Assembly (NCBI GenBank): GCA_010015805.1
Contig: ML978132.1
Coordinates: 868,001-908,225 of the forward strand
From: Rhizodiscina lignyota
Lineage: Eukaryota
Reading direction: 5' to 3'
Length of the DNA stretch: 40,225 bases
Positions 1-12,046 of the stretch are shown in pieces (position 1 is the first letter of the stretch; every line of letters starts with the position of its first letter). The notes under the pieces are model-generated. The model made no database searches and was not told the DNA's origin. It worked only from the letters and a program-made list of their open reading frames with translations. Both the position numbers and the translations under genes were made by a program.

Positions 1-990
1 CGAGATGAGGCGACGCACACTTGACCGGAGTTGCGCAGGAAGCCGTCGGCGGTGTGGAAAACGGCGTTGGTCATGTCAGCGTCCTCAAAGATCAGCGCAG
101 GTGACTTGCCGCCGAGCTCGAGAGTGACCTTCTTCATGTTGGATTTCGTAGCAGCTTGCTGCACAGCACGCCCAGACGGGGCGGAGCCAGTGAAGGCGAT
201 CTTGGAGATCTGCATGTGCGAGGCGAGCATGGCACCGACGGGACCGGCACCAGCGACAATGTTGATGACACCTGGTGGGAAGCCAGCTTCCTTGATGTAT
301 TCACCGTAGGCAGCGAGGCCGAGAGGTGACTTCTCAGAAGACTTGAGAATGAAGACGTTTCCTGTGGCCATGGCGGGTGCCATCTTCCAGGCAGCCAGGG
401 TGTGAGAGCCGTTCCAGGCGCAGATACCGGCGCATACACCTGCATAGGATGTTAATATCTGGTTGCCAGTGGAAAGTGGAGGCGTGAGAAAGCTCACCAA
501 AAGGCTCATACTGAACAAGCTTATAGTATCCATCCTCATCTGGGGGATAGCTCTCGCCTGCAACCTTGCCTGCGTAGCCAGCATAGTAACGCCACAACGC
601 AGCAGGCCCCAGCACCATCCTCTTCGCAACCGTTATCGGCTGGCCCATGGCAATGCTCTCCAACTTGGCAAGCTTCTCAGCGTTCGCCTCGAGTAGGTCT
701 GCCAGCTTGTTCATGCACTTGGCCCGCTTGTGGCCGGCCAACTGGCGCCATGCTGGATACGCGGCCTTCGCAGCGTCAACTGCCCTGTCAATGTCGGCCT
801 CGCTGGCCACTTGGACCTTGTCTGTCACGAGCGACTCATCCGTTGGGTTGTAGATGGCGACAGTCTCACCGGAGGAGGAGTTGCAGTACTGTAAAGACCA
901 ATTGTCAACTCCTTGATGGCCAGAATGAGGGGTAGTGGGGAGCTGTCAAGTTACCTCGCCATTGATGAACAAACGGGTTTCGTACGACAT
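1..990 (-). CDS. Aldehyde dehydrogenase (NAD(P)+-dependent), 3' end beyond window edge; exons 990-955, 888-498, 439-<1
   Basis: Spliced product MSYETRLFINGE|YCNSSSGETVAIYNPTDE...YEPFG|VCAGICAWN...LKSSEKSP...FTGS...VTLELGGKSP...RNSGQVC contains the ALDH catalytic Glu (ELGGK) and Cys (GQVC). GT-AG introns at 954-889 and 497-440 restore the frame. Confidence 0.95.
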
Positions 991-2251
991 GTTTGCGGCT
1001 GTCTAATTCTATGTGATCAATTGCTCGGCGCTGTTGGAGGTCAATTGGTCTATGTGAGAACTTTTCTCCAGCGAACAAGGGAGATGACATATTGGGCTGC
1101 CTTATATGCGGGGAGCTGTGGCATTTGGCTTGCCAGCTCGGTGAGAGCAGCTCAACCCCGCATATCTCCGGCTTACAACCTTCCGGATTTTAGGAGGGAT
1201 CGGTAATTCAAGGTCAGCGGCCGCTTGACTGTACATATCGATGGAGCTGCTTCACCTTTGCTGCTGCGACTTTTCGGAGCACAACCATTCGTCTATGAGC
1301 ACTCTGAGAGAAGAGACGAAGTCTTAAGCCCGTCTTGACCCTTTAACGCCCTGAGCTGCCAGGCCTATGACGCGTGACATCACGCGTCTGGCCGGAAAAA
1401 CACTTTAGCCGGCCGACGCGTTCTCTCCCTCGCTTCCGCTCCGCTAGCCTCAGCAGTGGAGTAGTCCACGAACAGTCCACAGGACAGGCTCCACTCTTCA
1501 TGTCGTGCTTACCTACATTATCTCAACTTCCACAGCAATATTACAAATCGTCCAGATGATAGTCTGCATGTGGAGCATTCAGGAACGAGATCAGCTCCAA
1601 CGTCTGGCATGAGACGCGTCCCATCACTGGCCCGGAGAATGTGGAGTTCGTGTCGAAACGAGTCTATACTTCATCTCGTAATCGCTCCATCATGCAATCC
1701 TGACAGTGCGGCCGATGGGCACATTGCAAACTGAGTTTCGACATCGCTTCAGCCTGTCAACCTCAGAAGAGCGTCTCGAAGAGCACGTCTGGAGAATTGG
1801 ACAACACCAGGAAGAACAGATTTCTCAGAAAGCCTTTCGAAATTTATCGATCTTGGCTTGTGATGTCTGCCTCTATACGAAGGACAACAAGTTGCTATTG
1901 TGGTCTTCAGTACGGAGCACTCCTTATTCCACGTGATTGAACTCCTGACGGAGGGTTTTCTGTTTCGAATTTTCAATCAACACGAGCCAGCACGCCAGAG
2001 CTCAGTCCAAGCGACACCAAACCAGGCGATTGCTGGACTTGCGTGCTGAACGGCTGCTCTTTCACTCTCTCCGTGGCTAGAAAACATACGGCCGAGAACT
2101 ATTCGCTGGAGACAACTTGAGGAAATAGCATTGCATCAGTTCTATTTACAAAACCTGGAAGCTTTTAGTCTGCGACATTGGTCGTGAAATTTTTTACATC
2201 AGGCTGAAGATCTCGAACAGGACAAAGCCTGCCCGCAACGGCTGAGCCACA

Positions 2252-3784
2252 TCAGTACTGATACCTGAAATCCCTCTTCTCCCGATCAGTAATGTCCAAC
2301 AGCTCCTCGCTCAGCACATGATCCGTATGATCATATCGGCCTTCTGCAACAGCCCGCTCCTTGGCACGATTCTGGAGCACGCAAATTCCTGCATACGAAG
2401 CGGCAAGCGGAATCGCTATCGCAGCACAGCACATCAGCGTGATGTATCCGTTTTCGTACGCAGCGTGGAAAAAGAATGGCCCGATGACCGTCCCGATCGA
2501 GTATGCGGCAAACGCCATCATGTTGTTTGTCACTTTCTTCGAATGTCCGGAAGTGTTCTGCGCCGGCAGACTGGCGCTGAGCGTATACGCGCCCCAGAAG
2601 CAGTATGCGAGGTAGTACGCAGCTAAACGGCCATGTTTGAGATGTGTTGGGAGTTTCCAGATCAATGCCGTGCCCATGAGAGGGACCAAGCAAGTAATCG
2701 CCATTGTCAAGCATCGGATGTTCTTGGCCTGGACACCTACGATTGCGCAGATTACCGCACTGGAAGTTTGCATGGCGCCAGTCGGCATTCCGAGGAGGAC
2801 GGATTGCAGTGGGCCGTATCCAAGTCCATTGACGATAAGCGAGGCAAACGTGGTCAAGCCCCCAGTAAACGAGGCGATGAGAACTTGATACAGGAACAGT
2901 ACCCAACTCTTGGGATCTAGCAAAGCTTCTCTGACCTGGTACCACTTGATCCGCTTGTTTTCAATTCCGGTCTGGTTGCTCTGAATGCGGTGGATTGCAA
3001 CGTACTTTTCCTTATCCGAGAGGATGCGCCAAGTCGCTGGATTGGCTGGAAGCAGGAAGAATGTCCAGAAGCCCCAGAGAACTGTAATCCCGCCCATAGT
3101 GATGAAGAGCAGCCGCCATGAAGCGATTGATGCGTCTTTTCCGCCCACACCAATCCCGTAGCTGATCGGACCGACAATCAGAGAAGCCAGAGCAGCCAGG
3201 TATATCGAAATACGAAGGGGTTGCTCCGCTTGAGTGTACATCATGACACAGTACACCTGGCAGGACGGAAATATTGGCGATTCGGCAAAGCCAAGCAAAA
3301 ATCGTAGCGCCATGATTGTTGGGAAATTCTGCGCTGCTCCAAGCAACATTGTGAACGCGCCCCATAATACAATCATCGTCGGCACCAGCAGATTCAATTT
3401 GAGTCGCTGCACCAAATACGCCGCAGGCACCTCGCCACAGAAAATTCCGATTGCAACGATTGCTCCAATCCAGCTGAGTCCGTTGCTGTTGATGTGCAGA
3501 TCCTTTGTCATGCCGTACAGCGCCGCATTTGATACCACAATCTTGTCGACAGCGGAGATCATGCCTGTGAAGAACAGTACGGGCATTAAGTGCAGATCGA
3601 TTTTGCGCCGCACCGCGCGAGCCTCCGCTTCGGTGTACGAGTACGCGTGGGTTGTGAGGACATGCGCAGATAAATCCAGAAAACGTTCATCTTCGATTTG
3701 TTTTTCAATAACATTGTCGTCGTTAGTTTGCGAGACGACGAGCTCGATGTTCTCACGATCGTTGATGGCTTTGCTTTCAGCCAT
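2252..3784 (-). CDS. MFS transporter, anion:cation symporter (allantoate permease/Dal5-like) family, intronless
   Basis: 510 aa with many hydrophobic segments; motifs RRKIDLHLMP, LRFLLGFAESPIFP, YTQAEQPLR, IKWYQVREALLDPK, NTSGHSKK and C-terminal DITDREKRDFRYQY. Confidence 0.92.
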   Translation of the reverse strand: MAESKAINDRENIELVVSQTNDDNVIEKQIEDERFLDLSAHVLTTHAYSYTEAEARAVRRKIDLHLMPVLFFTGMISAVDKIVVSNAALYGMTKDLHINSNGLSWIGAIVAIGIFCGEVPAAYLVQRLKLNLLVPTMIVLWGAFTMLLGAAQNFPTIMALRFLLGFAESPIFPSCQVYCVMMYTQAEQPLRISIYLAALASLIVGPISYGIGVGGKDASIASWRLLFITMGGITVLWGFWTFFLLPANPATWRILSDKEKYVAIHRIQSNQTGIENKRIKWYQVREALLDPKSWVLFLYQVLIASFTGGLTTFASLIVNGLGYGPLQSVLLGMPTGAMQTSSAVICAIVGVQAKNIRCLTMAITCLVPLMGTALIWKLPTHLKHGRLAAYYLAYCFWGAYTLSASLPAQNTSGHSKKVTNNMMAFAAYSIGTVIGPFFFHAAYENGYITLMCCAAIAIPLAASYAGICVLQNRAKERAVAEGRYDHTDHVLSEELLDITDREKRDFRYQY

Positions 3785-4259
3785 GTCGGAGCAGTTGAGG
3801 CCAATTCTTGTTCCAAGTCTCGCTCGTCTGCCACAAGCCTGGCTCCGTCAGATTTTCAAATATAAGCTGGGCAGAAAACATATTTCGAATCTTTTGATCG
3901 ACGCTTGCTGTCGGGGTTGTGCATTCGTTGGATCTAACTCCCCGCGTGTGGGGTGCAGCGGATCCTGCGCTTCCGCCAATCACAAATGAGCATCATCATC
4001 AACAGCCAATCACGTACGAGCCGTGGGAAACTGATTCTATCACAGCCCAAGGATGGATGAAAGCGAGTGACAGCGTTTCGAAAAGACGAACCGGCGCGAA
4101 TACCGAAGACGAATAAAGAAAATGCTCACTAAACAGGAGTCAGTCACTCACTGACTTAGGGAAGAATTCTCTTTCGGCGCATTTGAAGAAAGAGTTGAGC
4201 GTCAGACCACAGCTGTCATAGGCACTCTCTTGGTGATCCGGAGCTTGTTTCAAACCAGT

Positions 4260-6071
4260 TCATCTCTCTCCCATGGTACTAAAGTCCATTGGAAATTGCC
4301 AAGGAAATTCCGAGTTCATAAATCCATCCCAGTTGAATGCGCTAGGATCGAATTGACTGTAGTCGAACGCCGGAGGTAGAACCTGGGAGTGAGCCTCTGA
4401 GGCATGCGGCATACCGTCTCCATTGGGGACGCTCGGCTGAAGGGAGCTATTCGACACTGTCGAGTTTGAAACATCGGTATCGGAAGAGTGGTTGCTGCGG
4501 CCAAGAGCCTCTGCAGCCTCCAACTTGCTTCTCTGGCACATCCTCACAAGATTCTCGGCCATAGAGATGACCTTCTGCATTGTTGGTGTCTGGAAGCATT
4601 GTTCGATTCTCCGTAGTGCACCCATGATCCATTCTATGTGCGACAGACTCTCATGTGTATCCATTGACAGCAGCATGCACAGGAATTGAAAGGGTACGTG
4701 CACAACGTGCCACCACGGCTGACCGTCTTCCGCTAGACGCAGTGCTGCCTCCAAGCCCGGCCGGCCCAGCTCGATTATCAGCGAAAGAGTCGGACGAGGG
4801 ATGACCGCCGTTGTCAAGCGCATGAAACGATATACGCAGAATGCATGACAGGATTTATGCAGCTGAATAACATCGTGCACGTCTGTCGGAAGGCGACTGA
4901 TCTCGCCAAGTAGTGCTGTCAACTCTTCCATGGACTTGCGCTCTGCCACGTTGCACATTTGTAACCCTATGCGATATATTGAGACGAGCAGTGGCGTGTA
5001 GTCGTTCGAGTCGTTGGAGGATAGCGGCGGAGGACACGGGATTGAGACGAATGATCTACTGGAGGGAGAAGGGTCGTATTCATTGCAGATCCAAGTGTTG
5101 AGAAGTCGAGCGACCCAGTGCAGCTTCGCGTGGAGGCTTGCTTTGTGTGGGTCGTCACATTTGAGTGCGATCGAGCTTCTACAGCTACCCGCATCACCCT
5201 CTATCGCTGAGATGGACGAATGAGTTGCAATCCAAGTAGAGTGTGGATCGACAGCCATGCGAAGATACAAGACTTGGAGAATCCAGGCACTTGCAATGTC
5301 GTGCGAAACTGGTGATGTTGAATCCACAGGAGTCCAGCTCTCCAACATACTCTTTGCGAGCTCGACGATTTCCGGCTCCGTTCCTAAGGCTTCGGTACCG
5401 GAGAACAGCGAGCCAAGTGCTACGACACCGCAGAGAACAGTATCATATTCGGTCGAGGATCCATTCCATCGAGTGTGTAACTGTTGTCGAAAGCGTATCG
5501 GATCGATGATTGAGTAGACGGGATGGATCTTTGTGAAGTATACAGAGGAGTACTTCTGGACCTCCACCTGCGAAGTCAGGCTTGTAATGGATCGATCGAA
5601 GGCCGTTCTTCTCAGACCAAGGTTCCACGAGTCACCGAGCGTCGAATAGTACGGTTTCTTGCTTAACTGGTTTGCGAGGCGTTTTATGAAGTTCGACCCG
5701 CTGGGAACGATGATCGGACGACGTTTTATCTGGACGTGGTTCTGCACAGGAGCAGGTTCCGAAGGCATCCATGGACCAATGGAGCTCTCGACGGTGGTAC
5801 TCCCGCTTGGATTAGCCTCTGATGGTGCTGCGGGAGGAGTAATCTGCTTGACATTGGGAGAGTTTTCAGGCGGAGTAATGTGGTTCGAGGGATGAACGCT
5901 CTTTCGAGAAGGGGTGAAGACACATTCGTACTCGTATCTCAGACACGAGTAGCATGGCTCTCGCCCGATGCATTTGCGCTTCTGCTTCCGACACGCGTCG
6001 CAGGCCTGTCTCGATTTCCGCCGCCCGATCGTCCCCTGCTGTCTGTTTCTCGTCGGTTGCTCTGTTGCCAT
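4260..6071 (-). CDS. Zn(II)2Cys6 transcription factor with fungal-specific TF middle domain
   Basis: ACDACRKQKRKCIGREPCYSCLRYEYEC six-Cys cluster; YFTKIHPVYSIID middle-region motif. First ATG close to the cluster is at 6071 (MATEQP). Confidence 0.92.
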   Translation of the reverse strand: MATEQPTRNRQQGTIGRRKSRQACDACRKQKRKCIGREPCYSCLRYEYECVFTPSRKSVHPSNHITPPENSPNVKQITPPAAPSEANPSGSTTVESSIGPWMPSEPAPVQNHVQIKRRPIIVPSGSNFIKRLANQLSKKPYYSTLGDSWNLGLRRTAFDRSITSLTSQVEVQKYSSVYFTKIHPVYSIIDPIRFRQQLHTRWNGSSTEYDTVLCGVVALGSLFSGTEALGTEPEIVELAKSMLESWTPVDSTSPVSHDIASAWILQVLYLRMAVDPHSTWIATHSSISAIEGDAGSCRSSIALKCDDPHKASLHAKLHWVARLLNTWICNEYDPSPSSRSFVSIPCPPPLSSNDSNDYTPLLVSIYRIGLQMCNVAERKSMEELTALLGEISRLPTDVHDVIQLHKSCHAFCVYRFMRLTTAVIPRPTLSLIIELGRPGLEAALRLAEDGQPWWHVVHVPFQFLCMLLSMDTHESLSHIEWIMGALRRIEQCFQTPTMQKVISMAENLVRMCQRSKLEAAEALGRSNHSSDTDVSNSTVSNSSLQPSVPNGDGMPHASEAHSQVLPPAFDYSQFDPSAFNWDGFMNSEFPWQFPMDFSTMGER

Positions 6072-6336
6072 GGTGAATTGCGATCTGCTTTGGTCGTTCC
6101 AAGCCCCTATCCACGGTACGCTGCAAACGATCAAGCTGCGGTTGCACTCCTTCGCTTGCTTTTGTTCAACAAATTCAATTTGGCCGGTACACAGAAGACA
6201 ATTCAGAGAAGATGCAAATGGCACTCTCAAACTCGAACAGCATCAAGCATGGAAGCCACAGAAGCATTGTGGACGTTCGAATTGCCAGAGGCGTCGAATT
6301 GGTTTTTGAGGGATGAACGGGACCAACGGTAGACAA

Positions 6337-6376
6337 TCGGGATGGTCGGGATGGTCGGGATGGTCGGAGTATCGGG
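6337..6376 (+). repeat. 9-bp tandem repeat (TCGGGATGG)x3 plus degenerate copies in the divergent TF/MFS intergenic region
   Basis: Units start at 6337, 6346 and 6355, followed by TCGGAGTA (6364) and TCGGG (6372). Confidence 0.85.
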
Positions 6377-6914
6377 CACTGTGGTTGAGGTTAGTCAGCA
6401 GCGACTACACTTTGGGAGAACAGTAGCCCAGTCCCCTAGTTATCGTTCCCCATTTTACGACAGCGGTTCACTAAACAAGCACAGTTCCCTCATTCTCTAT
6501 GCTCTATCTATGCTCTATAATAGCAGTCGGCCAAAACTCGGGAGTTCGGCGCCAACACGGTCTGAAGATACTCCTTGTCCACGTGAAATGTCGCCGCCCT
6601 AAACGGCAAAGCGGAGCATCGCGGCCGCTTTAAGGACGACCTGTGTTCCTCGCCCGCATCTACCTTAATACCTCTGTATTGCTTCATATTCGAATTTCCG
6701 AGCGCTAATAGTGGATATGTAACGTATGCGTATAGCTGTGATAGAGTGCCGAATGATCCAAGGCAAGTTCTGTGCGTCTTGCACAAGTGGCCATATCTAA
6801 GAATGGCTTCGCTCAATTATATATTTAGTTCTTTCGATAGTATATCAATGCATCTCAGTTGTGTGTGCGTGCATTCAATGCATCTTTGAAACCATCTTTC
6901 TCATCTTTATAAAC

Positions 6915-8564
6915 ATGTCTTTACAATCTCTCTATCAATATCGGAAGCTACAAAAACTTGTTCGGGAACAGCTGCAGTCGACCGATCGTAATGCCATCAC
7001 TGCTTCTGACAATGCGAATGCGCAGAAAGATGAGCTCTCCAAGGAGTCGGATCTGGAAAAGCAAACAGACATTCCAACGTTACCGGCTCCACTTCCAAAC
7101 AGTACTTCTATTTCCTCATCTGACGCTACCGGCGAACCCACCTTCATCATTGTTCAATTCGACGGACCAGACGACGAAATGAATCCCCAAAACTGGTCCT
7201 TGACGAAGAAAATTTGCACCACACTTCTCGCACTTTCGTCCGGTATTGCAGGTGCTTGGGCATCCGGCAATGACTCTACCATCATACCACAAGCCAAAGA
7301 AGCCTTTGGGGTGAGCGACGTTACCGAGTCTCTCTCCACCGGCCTCTACTTGGTTGCTTTTGGCTTGGGAGCTTTGTTCAGCGGACCATTTTCGGAGACC
7401 ATTGGCAGAAACCCAGTATACATCATTACGTTGGTGCTGTTTGGGATCTGTATCATGATCGCTGGTCTTGCACCAAATATTGGAGTTCAACTGGCTTTCC
7501 GCTTTCTCGCTGGGTGGTTCGGCTGCACAGCAATCACAATCTTTGCGGGCAGCGTCGCTGACCTCTGGCCTCCAACCCAACGAGTCTTGGTGCTCTCCCT
7601 GACGTGTGGTCTCAACTTTTGCGCAGTCTTTATCTCTCCAGTCGTCGGCGCCTTCATCGGTCAGAGCAGTGCTAGCTGGAGATGGACGGAATGGATCTCT
7701 CTCATAATAACTGGCGCCTCGACAGCCTCCATCTTCTTCTTCGCCCCCGAAACATATGGACCCCAGATTTTGTCATGGAAAGCTGCCATTCTGCGCAAGG
7801 AGACGAGAAACACTCACTTCCGCTCGAATCATGAGTTGAAACTAGAACCGTTGTCGCGCCGCTTGTATCGCAGCACATGGAGGCCATTCGACATGCTCGT
7901 ACACGAACTGTCCATCGTCCTTTTTACAATTTACTTGTCAGTGTTGTATATTGTCGCGTTCACATTCCTCACCGGATACACTTATATCTTCGGAGACATC
8001 TACCACATGTCGCAAGGTGCAGTTGGGCTCTGCTTCCTCAGCCTTGTCGTTGGTATCATCGTGGCCGGCGCAATTTCGGTTCCCCTGCACTTCCACTACA
8101 ACCACAATCTGCGCATCGCCAAATCAAAGGGACAATCACACCTCCCAGCAGAAGACCGACTCTGGTTTGCCATCATCACCGCACCCTGCCTTCCCATTGC
8201 CTTATTTTGGATGGCGTGGACCTTATACCATTCGATAAGCTTCTGGAGCAGTCTCGTTGCGAGTTCCTTGGTCGGAATTGCCTTTCTTGGCATCTTCATC
8301 GCATCGTATCTGTATATGATTGACACGTTCGATTCGTTTGCTGGAAGCGCACTCGCTATTGGTGCTGTTATTAGATACGTGGCTGCTGGGGCGATGATTC
8401 CGGTTTCGATTCCGATGTATGAGAACTTGGGCGTACACTGGACTCTGACGCTGCTGGGCTGCATCAGTCTCATTCTAACTCCGGTGCCGTTCGTAATGTG
8501 GAAGTTTGGATACGCTATCAGGAAGAGGAGTAGAGCAGCCAGCAAGAAGGCTCTCGTTGAATAG
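6915..8564 (+). CDS. MFS drug:H+ antiporter (DHA1 family), intronless
   Basis: FDGPDDEMNPQNWSLTKK, GPFSETIGRNPVY, FRFLAGWFG, WRWTEW, PETYGP, AEDRL and YMIDTFDSFAGSALA motifs. Likely ATG at 6915. Confidence 0.93.
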   Translation: MSLQSLYQYRKLQKLVREQLQSTDRNAITASDNANAQKDELSKESDLEKQTDIPTLPAPLPNSTSISSSDATGEPTFIIVQFDGPDDEMNPQNWSLTKKICTTLLALSSGIAGAWASGNDSTIIPQAKEAFGVSDVTESLSTGLYLVAFGLGALFSGPFSETIGRNPVYIITLVLFGICIMIAGLAPNIGVQLAFRFLAGWFGCTAITIFAGSVADLWPPTQRVLVLSLTCGLNFCAVFISPVVGAFIGQSSASWRWTEWISLIITGASTASIFFFAPETYGPQILSWKAAILRKETRNTHFRSNHELKLEPLSRRLYRSTWRPFDMLVHELSIVLFTIYLSVLYIVAFTFLTGYTYIFGDIYHMSQGAVGLCFLSLVVGIIVAGAISVPLHFHYNHNLRIAKSKGQSHLPAEDRLWFAIITAPCLPIALFWMAWTLYHSISFWSSLVASSLVGIAFLGIFIASYLYMIDTFDSFAGSALAIGAVIRYVAAGAMIPVSIPMYENLGVHWTLTLLGCISLILTPVPFVMWKFGYAIRKRSRAASKKALVE

Positions 8565-9013
8565 AGTGAGCAAGGTTCCCGGGGAAAACCTGCGTGAATC
8601 TTTGATGTTGCTCAATCTGTTGAAGAAGATTCGAGAAGGTCTGGAGAGTTGTCGGAAGAGAGGAAATAGTAGGTAGAGAGGACAAAATTGCATAGCTCAT
8701 TCGTTCCTTAGTTATTCAGGTTGTGGCACCATGTTTGTGTTCCCAATCGAACGGTCGCCCCCACATTTCTTCACCTTCTATGTGTTTGGTATCGATCATT
8801 GCACTGTATATGGAAGGTGGTGCATGAAAGGTGATAACTGTGTTAAGGGGTGTTGCTTGTGATTGGAATCTTGAAGTTGACGCCTCACTTGACCAAACTC
8901 GGACTCCTCCAAACGATACAGGCACACTAACACTACCCAGCGCACATCTCTTATAAAATGCGGAGAACCCCATTACTACAAACACCTCCATTTCCAGCTC
9001 AGAAATTTACAAC

Positions 9014-9586
9014 ATGACGTTCACAAAACGAATCTTCGGTCGCAGGGAGTTTTGGAATCGAGCCAATCCTCTCCAGTTCCCAACTGATTGTCGAGTCGAG
9101 GGCATCTCCATCATGTGGAACAGATCTTCAGCAGCCGAAGTGGAAATCGACAAAAGCCTGGTACGCGAGAAACTGGAAGAAGTGCGGGAGATTACGTTGG
9201 GCGGAGAGTGTTATCAATGCGGCAAGGTTTACTACGTGAACACCGGATTTCTCAGAAGCGGAAACGATGAGCTTACCGAAGCAATCAGGATGGCCAAGAT
9301 CCACGCAATTTGGAGAAATCCGGGTAGCCTAAATCCGAATGACGTTCTTTTCGTAATCTGCTGGCACCATGGACAAACGGACCGCAATGAATTCGGCAAG
9401 AAGTGGTGGGGAGAGCTATTCAGACCGTGGAACTTCAAACCGCCTGTTCTGTTCTCTGACTTTGACGAAGGAGGCTTCCACGATGTTGTGACAGGAATGG
9501 AGATGACATCGCAGACTGAGAACTTTCGATTGGGGATCGAATCAGACCGAGAGTGCGGTTGGAAACCGATATTGCCAAAGGAGTGA
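9014..9586 (+). CDS. Hypothetical protein, 190 aa
   Basis: Intact ORF between two convergent/tandem genes; ACAACATG start context; TATAAAA at about 8952. No family recognised. Confidence 0.6.
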   Translation: MTFTKRIFGRREFWNRANPLQFPTDCRVEGISIMWNRSSAAEVEIDKSLVREKLEEVREITLGGECYQCGKVYYVNTGFLRSGNDELTEAIRMAKIHAIWRNPGSLNPNDVLFVICWHHGQTDRNEFGKKWWGELFRPWNFKPPVLFSDFDEGGFHDVVTGMEMTSQTENFRLGIESDRECGWKPILPKE

Positions 9587-9931
9587 AGGCGGCAAAGCCT
9601 GGAACTTTGACATGCCGGATCGCTCCCAGAATCGAATTTCGGTGGCCTTTTCTGACTGCTCATGACTCTACAATGCTAGCACGCGTCATTTCTCGTTTTG
9701 GTGAGAGGGCGTCAAAGCGTTACGGCGCCACTACCATATAGCGAAGAAGCAACGACTAATCGGGTATATGTGCCTGCTCAACTTTAATGCTAGCACACAC
9801 AATGCATATTCTGTCATTACTTATGCCATGTCACAGTTCACAACTTGCGCGAGGGTTGTTGCGATTGGCCACATCGTCTGTCGCGTGTTGATGACACTGC
9901 GCGTATCTGCTCCTCCAAATAATACTGCCGC

Positions 9932-12046
9932 TCACACCAGACCAGGACCTTCAAATGCGGTGAGATCCATATCACCCAGTTCTCCCCCAAAGAAGGGCTC
10001 AGCACCAAAGCCGATGCTGCTGCTGTATTGCAGTGCTTCCCAGTACTCTGACTTTTTGATGCTCCCATTGAGGACAGGGCACATTGAACCATGCTGCCGC
10101 TGTTGACTTGCAGCCTGGGAGTCTCGCTTAGCAGCTGATACAGATTCATCATACTCTTCCCGCAGTATTTTCAACACAGACTTGAACAGAAAGAAATGAT
10201 CTGGTGCGGCTCTATCTCCATCAACATCCCCCGCAACCTTGCTTGTGGTGGTGAGTTCTTGCATGCGGTAGCATATGCTCTCAATGATCATGCCAAAGCG
10301 AGCTTCTTTCCTCGCATCCTCGTCGTCCCACTGTGGTGCGGAAGGAATGCGGAAGCAGAGCGTTGACATGATCTTTACTGCATTGATCAGCTGCGCCCAC
10401 TCGACGAATGACATGTTGAGGTATTCGGATAGATGGAAAGACAGAAGAGTGTCAAAGTACGCTCTTGTCGCCTTGAAGCATCGTGATAATAGTGTGAGAC
10501 GCAGTGTCTGGGTATCTGCGGGTGAGGTACTCAGACGATCCGGGGGGAAGTCTTCGGAAAGGGCAATAGCATTGATTTGCATTTCAGCATAGTGTCTGGC
10601 CAGCTGCCAAGATGCTGGGGCAATATGTCAGCAACTCCGCACATGGAATATCCTGGCGTTGATTACGAACATGTTTGTTGTGTTTCCGGATCAATGTATT
10701 CAAGAACTGAAATCAATTCTTTGTGCATGGAGTCGCCGGCGCAAAACGCCGAGAACTGATCGAACTGATGATCTCGGATACTCATATCGGCGTGCTCAAC
10801 TGATTGCTGAAGCATCACATATGCACTGATCTGTTGGCCCACACCATAATCGGCCCCCGAAAAGTATGACCACTCATTTCTACATTTAGCGGCCCACTTG
10901 GAGTATGGGAGATTGTTTGCTCGGCGAAAACACACTGCGATGCTTTCACATTCAATCAGCGTTGGCTGGAAGATGGTTACAGCTATGGACTCACGCGGAA
11001 GAGAGATAGTAACACCCAAGATATGCTGCCTGTGTCATCCGAATGAAGCTGGCCTTGTCTTGATCAACTGTTGCAGAGGCAAGTTCACGGGGGTTTGGAG
11101 ATTCGTTGAAGTGGAGGTCGATAATCATAGAAATAGCGATCTGCAGTACCTGAAAGATTTGTCGACTGTGAGGTCTCAAGTGCATTGGATACCTTCAATG
11201 CAAGAATTTAGCATATAAGCGTGCAAGAAAAGGGGCCTAAGCAATCCGGAGCAGCTCACCAGGCAATCTGGACAAGAATGCCTTGAATAAGGTCCAAGCT
11301 CTTCTCCCCGTTGGTGACCGCTCTCTCAGCCAGCACACGGAGAAATTCGGCATGGAGGTGAACATTTAGGGTCACTTCATGCAACGTCATGGCTGAGAGG
11401 ATGCCGAGGAGGAGGAACGGATGATCTTGTTTCATCTGCTGCACAGTCCAGCCTTGAGGGAGAGGGACAAACGGGAAGTAACTGCGGAGTCGCTCATACT
11501 TGCGCAAGTACCGTTCCACATCAGAAGGCTCTAGCGACTGTGGAATGTGGGATCCGAGATTGGGCTTATCCGAGCGCGGACTGGTAGAGGAAACTGTCCC
11601 AGATTGGGACCCAGAACCTGAATCGGATGGCACATTCCCTCGAAACAGTCGAAGAACAACGTTTCGGTGGAACCAATCCAAGCTATTCACTACCTCGGCG
11701 GAGGCCCTCGAAGCGCTTGAGTCGACAGTATCACCCTTCTGTGTGGGCTGTTCGTGGTCCGATGGATGTTCTGCCCCTGTGGAAGAAAGTTCGCGTCGCC
11801 GCCTCTGAGCATACGGTGTCCGCCTTTGCTTAGAGGCACTTGCATATGTACAGGTATGGCCTGTTACAGAGCAACTGGTTCGAATTCAGCCAATGAAGAG
11901 GAAGCAGAGTCAGCATCGAACCTCCGGCACGTAGGAGATTGTTCGCTTGGGAGGCAGCGAGCCTTTCGAGCACGGCAGCGATCGCACGCACGAGAGATAC
12001 GTGGAGCAGGACAGGTCGACGATATAGAGGAGTTGACAGAGCTCAT
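9932..12046 (-). CDS. Zn(II)2Cys6 transcription factor, about 5 exons
   Basis: Removing intron 11921-11875 gives ACDRCRARKARCLPSEQSPTCRSCSVTGHTC. Middle-region motifs FPFVPLP...HPFLLLGIL...GEKSLDLIQGILVQIAWYPMH join across intron 11259-11193. Two more GT-AG introns near 10990-10945 and 10665-10615 link the remaining ORF pieces. The 3' end is less certain. Confidence 0.88.

Noticed and set aside
3234..3989. 251-aa + strand ORF
   Set aside because: Antisense to the MFS permease.
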